Assembly: GCA_964633205.1 (NCBI GenBank)
Contig: CAZWFN010000001.1
Coordinates: forward strand, 114,219 to 178,218
Reading direction: 5' to 3'
DNA length: 64,000 nt
Source: an uncultured Myxococcales bacterium
GTDB lineage: Bacteria; Myxococcota; B64-G9
Part shown: in pieces, positions 18,881 to 28,447 of the stretch
How the letters are laid out: the number at the start of each line of letters is the position of its first letter
Numbering within the stretch: the first letter of the stretch is position 1
Position numbers and translations under genes: made by a program
Notes under the pieces: generated by a model
The model's database searches: none
Seen by the model: the letters and a program-made list of their open reading frames with translations, nothing else
What the model was told of the DNA's origin: nothing

Positions 18881-20163
18881 GCCGCGGCGCCCGCGCCACT
18901 TCCACCGACTACAGCCGACCTTACCGCCCCTGGCCGATCGCCTGGGCCAACCGGCTGGGCGGACTGCTCGAACCCTTGGGGCTGCGCGCCGACCTCGGGC
19001 CGGCCGGGCTGGTGGCCAGCGCCCGGCGGCGCACCGGCCGGCGATGGCTGGGCGACGACGGTCTCATCGAGCGACTGGCCCTGCTGGTCGATTCCATCGA
19101 GTCCGAGGCCCGGCTGCATCCGGTGGGCCGCGTCATGGCCCGCGAGAACCTGATCCGCATCCTGTCCAACCGGCTGCGCGTCGAAGCCGACATCGAGCAG
19201 CATCCCGAGATCGAGGCGCTACCGATCGAGCCGCCGGTGTTCGTGGTCGGCCTGCAGCGCAGCGGCACCACCATGCTGCACCGGCAGCTGGCCTGCGACC
19301 CGGCCTTTCGCTTTTTGGCCTCCTGGGAGGCCGTGCAACCAGCGCGGCCCGGCAAGCCGGCGGGATGGCGCCGCTTGCTGGCGCCGGCGGCCGACGGGCG
19401 CGATCCGCGGCCCGGCGACGCCGCCACCGCTCAGCGGGCGCTGGGCTACCTGGCGCCCGACTTCGCCGCCATCCATCCGGTCGAGGCCACCGAGCCCGAG
19501 GAGGACTGCCTGCTGTTCGACTACGGGCTGTGGAGCACCGTGTTCGAGGCCACCTGGCACGTGCCGTCCTACTCGGCCTGGCTCGAGCGCCAGGACCACA
19601 CGGAGGCCTACCGCGGCTATGCCCGCCTGTTGCGCTACCTGCAGTGGCAGCGGCCCGGCGGCCGCTGGGTGCTCAAGACCCCCCAGCACCTCGAGCAGTT
19701 CGACGCCCTGTTGGCTACCTTTCCAGAAGCCCGCATCCTGTGGACCCACCGCGATCCCTGCCGCACGGTGGCGTCTTTTTGCTCGATGATGGCCCACGCC
19801 TGGGGGGTGTTCTCCGATTCCGTCGATCCGCGCCGGGTGGCCGCCCACTGGGGCCGCAAGGCCCGCCGCATGGTCGCGCGAGCCCTGGACACCCGCTCGC
19901 GGGTGGGCGATGCGCGCTTTCTGGACGTGGCCTACCAGGATCTGGCGCGCCGGCCCGAGCGCGAGCTCGAGCGCATCTACCGCTTCTTGGATCTGCCCTT
20001 GACCGCTGGCGCCGCCGAGCGCATGCATGCCTGGCGCGCGCGCAACCCGCAGCACAAGCACGGACGCCACCGCTACCGGCTGGACGACTTCGGCCTCGAC
20101 CGGCGCCAGGTCGAGGCCGACTTCGCGGCCTACCGCCGGCGTTTCGACATCCCCCACGAGTGA
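18876..20163 (+). CDS. sulfotransferase-family protein
   Basis: PAPS 5'-phosphosulfate-binding loop VFVVGLQRSGTTMLHRQL and 3'-phosphate motif RDPCRTVAS. Confidence 0.75.
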
Positions 20164-20165
20164 GA

Positions 20166-21151
20166 TGGCCATGCTCCGATTCCCGCACCTCCGTCCCCGG
20201 CCGCCCCGACCCGGCCCGTTCGTCGATCTGACCGGTCGGGTGTGTTTGGTCACCGGGGCGACCTCCGGCCACGGGCTGGCCTGCGCCCGCCGACTGGCCG
20301 AGCTGGGTGCCTCGGTGGTGCTGCTGGGCCGCAATCCGGACAAATGCCGCGCCGCCCGAGACCGGATCGCAGCCGCGGTCGGCGCGGAGCCGGAGATCCT
20401 GGTCTGCGACCTGAGCGCGCGGGCCGACATCGATCGGGCCGCCGCCGAATGGCTGGAACGCGGTCGGCCGCTGCACCTGCTGTTGAACAACGCCGGCGTG
20501 GTCCGCCGCCAGCGCGAGCTGACCGCCGACGGGGCCGAGCGCACCTTCGCCGTCAACTACCTGGCCCCATTCCAGCTCACCCTGCGGCTGCTGCCCCGGC
20601 TGTGCGAAAGCGCTCCGGCACGCATCGTCAACGTGGCCTCGGATGCCCACCGGGTCGTCTCGCTGCCGATCCACGATCTCGATGCGGAACGCCGCTACAA
20701 CTTCATGCTGGCCTACTGCCACTCCAAGCTGGCCATCTTGTACTTCACCTACGAGCTGGCCCGGCGGCTGGCGGGCAGCGGAGTGACGGTCAACGCGGTC
20801 GACCCGGGTCCGGTGGCCTCCGAGATCGCCGACGACAACCCCGGGCTGACCGCGCCGCTGGCTTCCTGGCTGATCAAGCGCATTTTCCCGTCGCCCGACC
20901 GGGCGGCGGCCACCGCCATGCACCTGTGCGCTGCCGCCAATACCCAAAAGCTCAACGGCACCTACTGGCGCTTCATGGCGCCGCAGCAGCCGCGCTTCGA
21001 TCGCCGCCGGCCCTGGCTGGGCGAGACCCTTTGGCGCATCAGCGCCGAACGCACCGGCGCCGACTGGCCGGCCCCGGCAGGCTCCGCACTGCGGTCGGAC
21101 CCGGCCGGGCCCGCTGCTCCCAGTAGGGCTTCGGCTCAGCGATCGGGGTAA
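20166..21151 (+). CDS. SDR-family oxidoreductase
   Basis: TGATSGHGLA (Rossmann TGxxxGxG), NNAG, and catalytic YCHSK. Confidence 0.75.
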
Positions 21152-21948
21152 ATCCGGCGCATGGCGCGGCCCAGCCAGCGCGAGGCCAGCCCGCGCGGCA
21201 GCAGCCGATCGTTGACCAGCTGGGTCAGCCGATAGGACGCGCCGGGGATGAAGCGCGGACCCCGGCCCAGGGCGTCCAGCGCACCGGACGCCACCTGCTC
21301 CGGCCGCAGCACCAACTTCGATTGCAGCCGGCCCAACCGCGGCCCCGAGCGCTCGAATCCCGGGGTGCGGGTCATGCCGGCACAGACGGCCAGCACGTCG
21401 ACGCCGTGCGGGCCCAGCTCTTCCCACAGGGCCTCGGCCAGCAGCCAGTCGAAGGCCTTGGTGGCCCCGTAGGTGGCCACCAGTCCATGGCCGTGGGTGC
21501 CGGCCAACGAGGACATGACGATCAGCCCGCCCCGGCCGCGGCCAGCCATGGCCGCGCCGAAGTGATGGGCCAGCAGCAGCCAGCCGCGGCAGTTGACGTC
21601 CAGGGTGGCGAGCTTGTCATCGAGGGGCTGTTGCAAGAATCCCCCCACCGTCGAGCGGGCGGCGTTGTAGACCACCAGCCCCACCCCGGCATCGCCCAGC
21701 TCGGCTTCCAGGCGCTCGAGCAGGTCGGGCGCACCCAGATCGCAGACGAGCGCACGGCATTCCACCCGGTGCACAGCCCGCAGGCGGGCGGCCAAGGCGC
21801 CGCAGGCCTCGGCCTGCCGGTCCAGCAGCACCAGGCCCAGCCCGCGGCGGGCCAGCTGCTCGGCAAAGGCCGCGCCGATGCCTTCGGCCGCTCCGGCCAC
21901 CAGGGCCAGCGGCCCGTAGCGCTGGAAAAAAGGCTTGCCGTCGCCCAT
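21136..21948 (-). CDS. SDR-family oxidoreductase
   Basis: VAGAAEGIGAAFA, NAAR, YGATK. Start taken at the internal Met (MGDGKPFF). Convergent overlap of 16 bp with the preceding SDR. Confidence 0.7.
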   Translation of the reverse strand: MGDGKPFFQRYGPLALVAGAAEGIGAAFAEQLARRGLGLVLLDRQAEACGALAARLRAVHRVECRALVCDLGAPDLLERLEAELGDAGVGLVVYNAARSTVGGFLQQPLDDKLATLDVNCRGWLLLAHHFGAAMAGRGRGGLIVMSSLAGTHGHGLVATYGATKAFDWLLAEALWEELGPHGVDVLAVCAGMTRTPGFERSGPRLGRLQSKLVLRPEQVASGALDALGRGPRFIPGASYRLTQLVNDRLLPRGLASRWLGRAMRRIYPDR

Positions 21949-22184
21949 CGCGACCTCCGCCGGCAATCTACCATCCCCGCTGCCGGGCACAAGAACCTGT
22001 AACCGTTCAGGGCTTCATGAGGGCATCGCGCCTCAGCCCGTCTGGACTGCGTCAGCTCTGTCGGCCCGATGCTCACGACCCTTAGGTCGCTGCGCTGCGG
22101 GCCTCGTCGCTTCCTTGCCAGACGGGCTGATCCGCGATGCGAGGCGATTCGGGACGTCTGGAGCCTGAACGGGCACAAGAACCT

Positions 22185-22211
22185 TTGCACGGCGGGCGCA
22201 ATCGATATAAT
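22185..22211 (+). promoter_or_regulatory. sigma-70-like promoter candidate (TTGCAC-15-TATAAT) upstream of the 3beta-HSD-family gene
   Basis: TTGCAC at 22185-22190 and TATAAT at 22206-22211. An AAAAAGGAG RBS precedes the ATG at 22260. A GGGCACAAGAACCT motif abuts the -35 element. Confidence 0.35.
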
Positions 22212-22259
22212 TCGTCCGCAGCCAGAACTGGTCACAAGCAGCTGGAAAAAGGAGCGGGC

Positions 22260-23348
22260 ATGACGAGTGGCGGGCCACAGTTCGATTCGCCGGTCAGGGT
22301 GCTGATCACCGGCGGCGCGGGATTTCTCGGCCGGGCGCTGGTGCGCGAGCTGACCGCGCCGCGCGGCGAGCCGGTCTTGCGGGCTGCACACATTCGGCTG
22401 TTCGACCGGGCGGTGCCCGATCACGGATCCGACGAGGTGGAATTCGTCCGCGGTGACATCCGCGATGGCGCCGCGCTCGAACGGGCCTGCCAGGACACGG
22501 ACGTGGTATTTCACACCGCCGCCCTGGTCTCCTGGGGCCAACACCCGGACACGCTGGTCCACGAAGTCAACGTGGGCGGCACCCGGCGCGTCATCGAGGC
22601 CTGCGGCCGCGCCGGAGTTGCGGCGCTGGTGCACACCTCGACGCTGGACGTGGTCTACGACGGCCGCCCGGTGCGCGAAGGCGACGAGCGGCTGCCCTAC
22701 CCGCGCCGTTACTACAACGCCTACGCCGAGACCAAGGCCTTGTCCGAGCAGGCGGCGCTGGCCGCCGACGGCAGCCGGCATGCCGACGGCGCGGGCCGGC
22801 TGCGCAGCTGCGCCCTGCGCCCCTGCGGCATGTGGGGCGAGCGCGATCCGTTCCACATCAGCAACCTGTTGCAGATGGCCCGTGCCGGCAAGTTGCTCTT
22901 TCGCATGGGCAACGGCCGGGCCCGTTTCCAGCACGTCTACGTCGGCAACGTGGCCCACGCCCACCTGCTGGCCGCCCGCTCCTTGCTGGCCGCTGGTGCG
23001 GCCTGCGGCCAGGTCTACCTGATCACCGACTTTCCGCCATCCAACTTCTTCAGCTACTACGCGCCGATCCTCGAAGCCCTGGGCCACCCGCTGCCGCCGG
23101 CCTGGCGCAGCCTGCCCTATCCGCTGATGCTCGGCGTGGCCGGTGCGCTCGAAGGGGTCCAGTGGCTGAGCCGTCCCTTCTTCCGCTTCGCCCCGACCGT
23201 CAACCGCTTCGCGGTCAAGCAGGTCTGCCAGGAGTTCACCTTCTCGGGTGCCAAGGCCGGACGCGATTTGGACTACCGGCCGGTCTACCCGGAGGCCGAG
23301 GCCATCGAGCGCACCATCGACGACTTCCGCCGCTGCGGCCCGGTCTGA
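22260..23348 (+). CDS. 3-beta-hydroxysteroid dehydrogenase/isomerase-family NAD(P)-dependent epimerase/dehydratase
   Basis: LITGGAGFLG Rossmann motif, catalytic YAETK, and the 3beta-HSD-like C-terminal region. Confidence 0.8.
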   Translation: MTSGGPQFDSPVRVLITGGAGFLGRALVRELTAPRGEPVLRAAHIRLFDRAVPDHGSDEVEFVRGDIRDGAALERACQDTDVVFHTAALVSWGQHPDTLVHEVNVGGTRRVIEACGRAGVAALVHTSTLDVVYDGRPVREGDERLPYPRRYYNAYAETKALSEQAALAADGSRHADGAGRLRSCALRPCGMWGERDPFHISNLLQMARAGKLLFRMGNGRARFQHVYVGNVAHAHLLAARSLLAAGAACGQVYLITDFPPSNFFSYYAPILEALGHPLPPAWRSLPYPLMLGVAGALEGVQWLSRPFFRFAPTVNRFAVKQVCQEFTFSGAKAGRDLDYRPVYPEAEAIERTIDDFRRCGPV

Positions 23349-23362
23349 GACGTTCAGCGACC

Positions 23363-24235
23363 ATGGCTCTGCCCGAATCGCGCTTCGTCGCCTCCTTCGA
23401 TGGCGCCCCGATCGCTTACCGCAGCTACGGCTCCGGCCAGCCCACCGTGCTGCTGTCGAACGGCATCGGCTGCAACCAGGCCTATGTCGATCACGCCATT
23501 CGGGCGCTGGCCGCCCAGACCCGGGTGGTGATCTGGGATTACCGGGGCCACCTGGACTCGGCCGCCGTGGACGATCCGCGCGCGTTGACCGTGGAGACCT
23601 GCCTGCGCGACATGCACGCGGTAACGGCAGCGCTGGGCGACGGGCCGCTGGTGCTGGCCGGCTTCTCCATGGGGGTGCAGCTGTCGCTGGAGTACTTGCA
23701 CCGCCATCCGCGGCGGGTGCACGGACTCATCGCCTTGCTGGGCACCTACGAATACCCGCTGCGGTCGTTTTTCCACATGGGCCGCGCCGGCGAGGCCATC
23801 GTGCCGGGCACGCTGGCCGCAGCCCGCCGCTGGCCGCGTGCGGCCCGCCGGGTCTGGCGGTCGGTGCTCGGGGGCGGCTGGGTCTTTCCGCTGGCCAAGC
23901 TGCTGGTGCTCAACCCGGCCGCGGCCGGCCGGGACGACTTCGAGTCCTGGCGCCGCCACCTGGCCGGCGTGGATCCGCTGGTCTTTCTACAGCTCGGGGT
24001 CTATCTCAGCGCCCACTCGGCCGCCCACGGCCTGGAGCGGCTGGCCGGCCTGCCCTGCCTGGTGGTGGCCGGCGACCGCGACAACTTCACCCCGCTGGCC
24101 GTCTGCCGCAAGCTGCACCAGCGGGCGCCGGGTTCGGAGTGGTTCGTCATCCCCGGCGGCAGCCACGGCGGCCTGTTCGAATTCCCCGACGTGGTCGGGC
24201 CCCGCTTGCAGGCCTTCTGGCGCGAGCACTTCTGA
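23363..24235 (+). CDS. alpha/beta-fold hydrolase
   Basis: GFSMG nucleophile elbow and a downstream Asp/His region (GDRD...GGSHGG). Confidence 0.7.
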   Translation: MALPESRFVASFDGAPIAYRSYGSGQPTVLLSNGIGCNQAYVDHAIRALAAQTRVVIWDYRGHLDSAAVDDPRALTVETCLRDMHAVTAALGDGPLVLAGFSMGVQLSLEYLHRHPRRVHGLIALLGTYEYPLRSFFHMGRAGEAIVPGTLAAARRWPRAARRVWRSVLGGGWVFPLAKLLVLNPAAAGRDDFESWRRHLAGVDPLVFLQLGVYLSAHSAAHGLERLAGLPCLVVAGDRDNFTPLAVCRKLHQRAPGSEWFVIPGGSHGGLFEFPDVVGPRLQAFWREHF

Positions 24236-24263
24236 TGTGCCATCCCGGGGCACTCCGGCGCCG

Positions 24264-24710
24264 TCAGGGAAGCAAGCCGGGCGTCAGGCTATCGATCGTC
24301 TCACGCTCGACGCCCGGGCTGAGGCGCTGGTGCAACAGGCGCCAGATCCAGCGCCGCATGCCGGCCGGAGCGCGCTCCAGCAGGTACAACAGCTTACGCT
24401 GGGCCTTGGCCACCGGCAGCGCCCCGCTGCGCAGGTCATCGAGCACCCGCTCCAGCACCCGCCAGGCCATCATCCACTCGATACCGGCGTCCTGGCGCTC
24501 GAAGGTCTCCAGCGGCGGCAGCGCCCAGGGGTAGCGGTAGGCCGGGTCGAAAGTCCACATCAGCCAGCGCTCCAGCAAGGGCCCGGCGGGTCCGTTCAGC
24601 AACCGCCGCAGCACGAAACGCTTGCCGGCCGTGGTCTGGCCCCGGTCGAGCAGCTCCAGCCCGGCGAACAACTCCTGCAGCCTCTCGGTGCTCAGCTCCA
24701 GCGGCGCCAT
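24264..24710 (-). CDS. hypothetical protein
   Basis: 148-aa ORF with balanced composition. No recognisable motif. Confidence 0.4.
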   Translation of the reverse strand: MAPLELSTERLQELFAGLELLDRGQTTAGKRFVLRRLLNGPAGPLLERWLMWTFDPAYRYPWALPPLETFERQDAGIEWMMAWRVLERVLDDLRSGALPVAKAQRKLLYLLERAPAGMRRWIWRLLHQRLSPGVERETIDSLTPGLLP

Positions 24711-24734
24711 GCCGGTCGCCTCCTGGAGATCAGT

Positions 24735-25238
24735 CTAGCGGTGCCGGCGCCGCCCGGCCAGAATGTCTCCCACCAACGGCGCCTCCTCGTCCAGCACCAG
24801 CCAGAGCTTGACATCGCGCCGGCCGTCATCCGGCTCCGGGAAGCGGATCCACTGCACGATGCGCTCGATGCATTGGGCATACGCCGTTCCGGCGAAACGC
24901 GGGGTGAGCAAGCCGACCTGCCGGGCCTTGCCGGCCGAGTCGATCTGGAAGCGGATCCCCAGCCGCTGGCCCTTGAGTTCGGGCGGGTCGATGTCCAGGG
25001 CGCGCTGGGCACAGAGCTTGAAGTTGCTGACGTGGCGCCGGGTGACCAGGTGGTCCGGACCGGCTCGCTCCTGCCCGTGCTGGGACTCGATCCGCACCGG
25101 CTCGGCGCTGAAATCGTTGCTACGCAGCTCCTGCTTGCTACAACCCGCACCGGTCGTCAACAGCAGTCCCGCGATCAGCAGCACTCCGCCGCAGGATCCG
25201 CAAGCCAGAAAGCGACCGGCTGGTTGTTCCCGGTTCAT
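24735..25238 (-). CDS. lipoprotein with AgmX/PglI-C-terminal (TonB-C-like) domain, paralog 1
   Basis: Lipobox LLLTTGAGCS. C-terminal domain RHVSNFKLCAQR...GQRLGIRFQI...AQCIERIVQWIRFPEP, clearly paralogous to the next gene. Confidence 0.55.
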   Translation of the reverse strand: MNREQPAGRFLACGSCGGVLLIAGLLLTTGAGCSKQELRSNDFSAEPVRIESQHGQERAGPDHLVTRRHVSNFKLCAQRALDIDPPELKGQRLGIRFQIDSAGKARQVGLLTPRFAGTAYAQCIERIVQWIRFPEPDDGRRDVKLWLVLDEEAPLVGDILAGRRRHR

Positions 25239-25305
25239 CTTCGAACCTCGCTTCTCCTCCCTTCAATTGGTCGGTCGCGAGGTCCAGCAGCTTACAGATA
25301 CCGAT

Positions 25306-25348
25306 CTACACCCGACGCAAGACTTCGCTTGCGTCGGGTGTTGGCTTA
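25306..25348. repeat. 43-bp REP-like palindromic element, copy 1
   Basis: CTACACCCGACGCAAGACTTCGCTTGCGTCGGGTGTTGGCTTA has a perfect 14-bp stem around a 6-nt loop. The identical 43 bp recurs reverse-complemented at 57576-57618. Confidence 0.7.
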
Positions 25349-25378
25349 GCAAGCGCCTATACGGCTACCGCTGTCGAT

Positions 25379-25819
25379 TCAGGAGCCGTGGCGCAAGGGT
25401 TGGTCCTCGTCGAGGTAGATGCGCAGGCGGACTTGCCGGGAATGCGCGCCCGGGTCGGGGAAGCGGATCCAGGTCAGGATGCGCTGGACGCAGGAGGCGA
25501 AGGCCGAACCCTTGAAGACCGGGCTGACGATCTTGACCTGGTCGGCCCGCCCCCCGGGCTCGATGGTGAACACCACGTCCAGCGGTTTGCCGCGCAGGGA
25601 GGAATCATCGACCAGCTTGCTGCGCTGGACGCAGAGCTTGAAGTTGCTCAGATGGCGCTTGGAGACCATGTCGGTGGCCTCATCGAGTTCCATCACCTCC
25701 TGGGGCACGGCTTCTTCGGCACGCAGCACCGGGCCCCGTGAGCAGCCAGCGGCGAACGCCGTCAGCGCAGCCAGGGCGACCGCTGCGGCTGACCACCCGG
25801 CAATCGACTTGCGCAGCAT
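25379..25819 (-). CDS. lipoprotein with AgmX/PglI-C-terminal (TonB-C-like) domain, paralog 2
   Basis: Lipobox LTAFAAGCS. KRHLSNFKLCVQR...GKPLDVVFTI...ASCVQRILTWIRFPDP aligns residue-for-residue with paralog 1. Confidence 0.55.
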   Translation of the reverse strand: MLRKSIAGWSAAAVALAALTAFAAGCSRGPVLRAEEAVPQEVMELDEATDMVSKRHLSNFKLCVQRSKLVDDSSLRGKPLDVVFTIEPGGRADQVKIVSPVFKGSAFASCVQRILTWIRFPDPGAHSRQVRLRIYLDEDQPLRHGS

Positions 25820-25920
25820 GGTGCGGTTCCTTTCCGCCTCTTGGTCCCCCTCCCGAATACCCCAGCCGCGTTCCGGACGCAAGGCCGATCCCGTAGCCGA
25901 CGCCCCAATCTGCTGGCCGC

Positions 25921-27555
25921 TCAAAAGGTGAACCCGGTGATGGGAGGGCGCTCGCGGTCGGGATCGGCGCGGCCGGCCCGATCGATCGGAAAGGGCGTGG
26001 CGTGCAGCTTGGGTTCGACGGTCAGCTCGGGATCCTTGAACAGGTGGGCCACCGCCGGCCGCTCCGCCAAAACCTCCAAGTCCTTGTTTTCTCGAAGTAA
26101 ACCGCGCAGCATGAAACCCTCTTCGGCCGCGGCCAGCAGCTGCTTCTCGGCCTCGTCCAGCCGCCCCTGGCGTGCGGCCAGGATGGCCAGGTCATAGCGG
26201 GTCCGCCCGCGGGTGCGCCACTCGTTGGGGCCCTGGGCCAGCGCCAGCGCCCGGCCGAGCCAATGCGCGGCGCGTTCGTGGTCGCGCTGCAACAAGTAGA
26301 CGTAGCCCAGCCGCAACAGCACCTCGCCGAAGACCCGCGGGTGGTCGGCCATCGGTCGCAGCAGCTTCTCGGCTTGGTCCAGCTCGCCGGCATCGACCAG
26401 CCGGCTGGCCAGCTCGAGCTTCAGATCCAGATTGCCGGGCTCGGCCCGGCAGGCTTCACGGGTGACGGCCAGCGAGCGTTCCAGCTCACCCAGCCGGGCC
26501 AGGGCGTAGCCCTGCTGGGCCCGGGCATAGGGGCTTCGCTCGACCAGCTGCTGGTAGCGTTCCCAGACCGCCAGCGCCGCGCTGTACTCGCCGCTGATGT
26601 TGAGGTGCTCGCCCAGATAGGTATGGAAGACCAAGGCCCCGGGATGCTGCTGGATGGCCCGCCGCAGCACCGCCGCGCCCTCGGTGCTGGACCGGAAACG
26701 GGTCGCCAGCCAGTAGTGCGCCAGCGTGCGCAGCGGCAGGTAGCCGCTGGTCTGACGGGCCCGGCGCAGGGCGGCGGCCGCCTGCTCGTGCTTGAGCACC
26801 AGCGAGCGGGCCAGGCTCAAGGCCGCCCAGGCCGCGGTCAGACCGGGATCCTGCTCGACCGCCCGCCGGCACTTGCCCAGCGCCCCGGCCAGGCGGTCGG
26901 GATCGACCACGTGCGACTTGCGCAGCCCCATCGGCTGGACGATCAGCACCGCCGCACAGGACAGGTAATCCGCCATGGCGGCCGCGGATTCGCTGGCCGG
27001 CTGAACTCCGTCCCCGGCCGGCAGCTCGACACCGTCGATCGCGGCCACCAGGGCGGCCACCTTCGCCGAACCCTGCGCGACCGCCTGGGCCCGATCGGCC
27101 GGCAGTGCGAACTCCTGCTTCCGTGTCTTGCCCGTACGCAGGTCGAAGGCCACCAGCTGCAGGCGAAACCCGGCCGGCTCCACCGCTCGTACCCGGCCGC
27201 AGACCCCGACCTGGGCGCCCAGCAGCTTCGCCGCGCTGCGGGCGTTGTCGACCTCGGCCAGATCGGCCAACCGCCAACCGTGGCTGCGCCCGAGGGACAG
27301 GGCCTGCTTGAGGTGGACGTGGTTGTAATCGCCGCTGGTCAGCAGCAGGGCACCGGCCCGGTCGGCGATACCGAAGCCCAGCTCGCGGCCGACCGGCCCT
27401 GAGCTCCACAGCGGCAGCACGACCTGGGTGATGCGCTTGGGCGCCGCGGGCTTTTCCGACGGCTGCGTTTTCGTCTCGGCCCGCACCGCGCCCGCCACCA
27501 GCCCCAGCGCCAACACCCCGCTCAGCACCGCTCGACTGCTCACCTCGCATGCCAT
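25921..27555 (-). CDS. secreted TPR-repeat protein
   Basis: Signal peptide, then multiple TPR-like helical repeats (ALARLGELERSLAV..., LLRLGYVYLLQRDHERAAHWLGRALAL...). Confidence 0.7.
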   Translation of the reverse strand: MACEVSSRAVLSGVLALGLVAGAVRAETKTQPSEKPAAPKRITQVVLPLWSSGPVGRELGFGIADRAGALLLTSGDYNHVHLKQALSLGRSHGWRLADLAEVDNARSAAKLLGAQVGVCGRVRAVEPAGFRLQLVAFDLRTGKTRKQEFALPADRAQAVAQGSAKVAALVAAIDGVELPAGDGVQPASESAAAMADYLSCAAVLIVQPMGLRKSHVVDPDRLAGALGKCRRAVEQDPGLTAAWAALSLARSLVLKHEQAAAALRRARQTSGYLPLRTLAHYWLATRFRSSTEGAAVLRRAIQQHPGALVFHTYLGEHLNISGEYSAALAVWERYQQLVERSPYARAQQGYALARLGELERSLAVTREACRAEPGNLDLKLELASRLVDAGELDQAEKLLRPMADHPRVFGEVLLRLGYVYLLQRDHERAAHWLGRALALAQGPNEWRTRGRTRYDLAILAARQGRLDEAEKQLLAAAEEGFMLRGLLRENKDLEVLAERPAVAHLFKDPELTVEPKLHATPFPIDRAGRADPDRERPPITGFTF

Positions 27556-27718
27556 CGTCGCTCTCCCTCTTCGCCAGGATTCCATTTGCATGGTACCGCC
27601 GAGCGGCCGGCGGGTGAAGGGTTATTGCGCCAGGCGCGGTTGCATCCCGGCCAGCGATCGATTTATCTTGCCGGACGGAAAACCAAACACCTTGCAACCG
27701 TGAATGGGGGTCGAGCCC

Positions 27719-28447
27719 ATGAATGCGAATGTCGGCACTGGAGCCCTGGGAACGACGCTGTTGTTGGGCGCCCTGGCGGCCGCACTGGTCGGCGGCTGTG
27801 GGGTCGAGGCCACCCTGCGCCACCACCGGGTATCGCTCGAGCTGGCCGTCGCGGGTGAGGCCGAGCTGGCCCTGGCGGTCCACGACCAGCGGCCCTACGT
27901 GCGCTCGGAGGAAAAGATCCCGGCCTACGTGGGCTCGGTGCGCAAGGCGGGCATACCCTACGACGCCCACACCGCCAGCGGCCGGCCGTTGGCCGCCGAC
28001 ATGGCCCGGGTGGTCGAGCTGGCGCTGGTGAAGCGGGGCTTTTCTATCCGCCGCATCGACAGCCAGCCGGCGCAGATCGAGATCGAGGTGGTCAAGCGCT
28101 TGGTCGCCAACGGTGGCGGACGTTCGCTGCTACTGGTCATCCGCGATTGGCACGCCGACGTTCGTTCCGAACAGACGCTGCTGAAGTATGACCTGGGGCT
28201 GAAGGTCATCAACGCCTACCGGTCGGTGATGGCCGAGACCAACCTGCGCGGCGAGCAGGAGCTGCCGGGCCGGCCCGGCATCGCCCTGCCCCAGGCCTAT
28301 CGCGAAAAGCTCGAGGCCCTGCTCAATGCGCCGGCGGTGGTCGCCGCCCTGTCCGCTCCGCCGCCGAAAAAACCCGCGGCTGAGCGCGAGGAAAAGACGC
28401 CGGCCGCCGAGCCGGCCGGCCCGGAGCCGTCGGAGGCCGCCGAATGA
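27719..28447 (+). CDS. hypothetical lipoprotein
   Basis: Lipobox LVGGCG and a Pro/Ala/Glu-rich C-terminus. Its stop overlaps the next gene's ATG. Confidence 0.5.
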   Translation: MNANVGTGALGTTLLLGALAAALVGGCGVEATLRHHRVSLELAVAGEAELALAVHDQRPYVRSEEKIPAYVGSVRKAGIPYDAHTASGRPLAADMARVVELALVKRGFSIRRIDSQPAQIEIEVVKRLVANGGGRSLLLVIRDWHADVRSEQTLLKYDLGLKVINAYRSVMAETNLRGEQELPGRPGIALPQAYREKLEALLNAPAVVAALSAPPPKKPAAEREEKTPAAEPAGPEPSEAAE

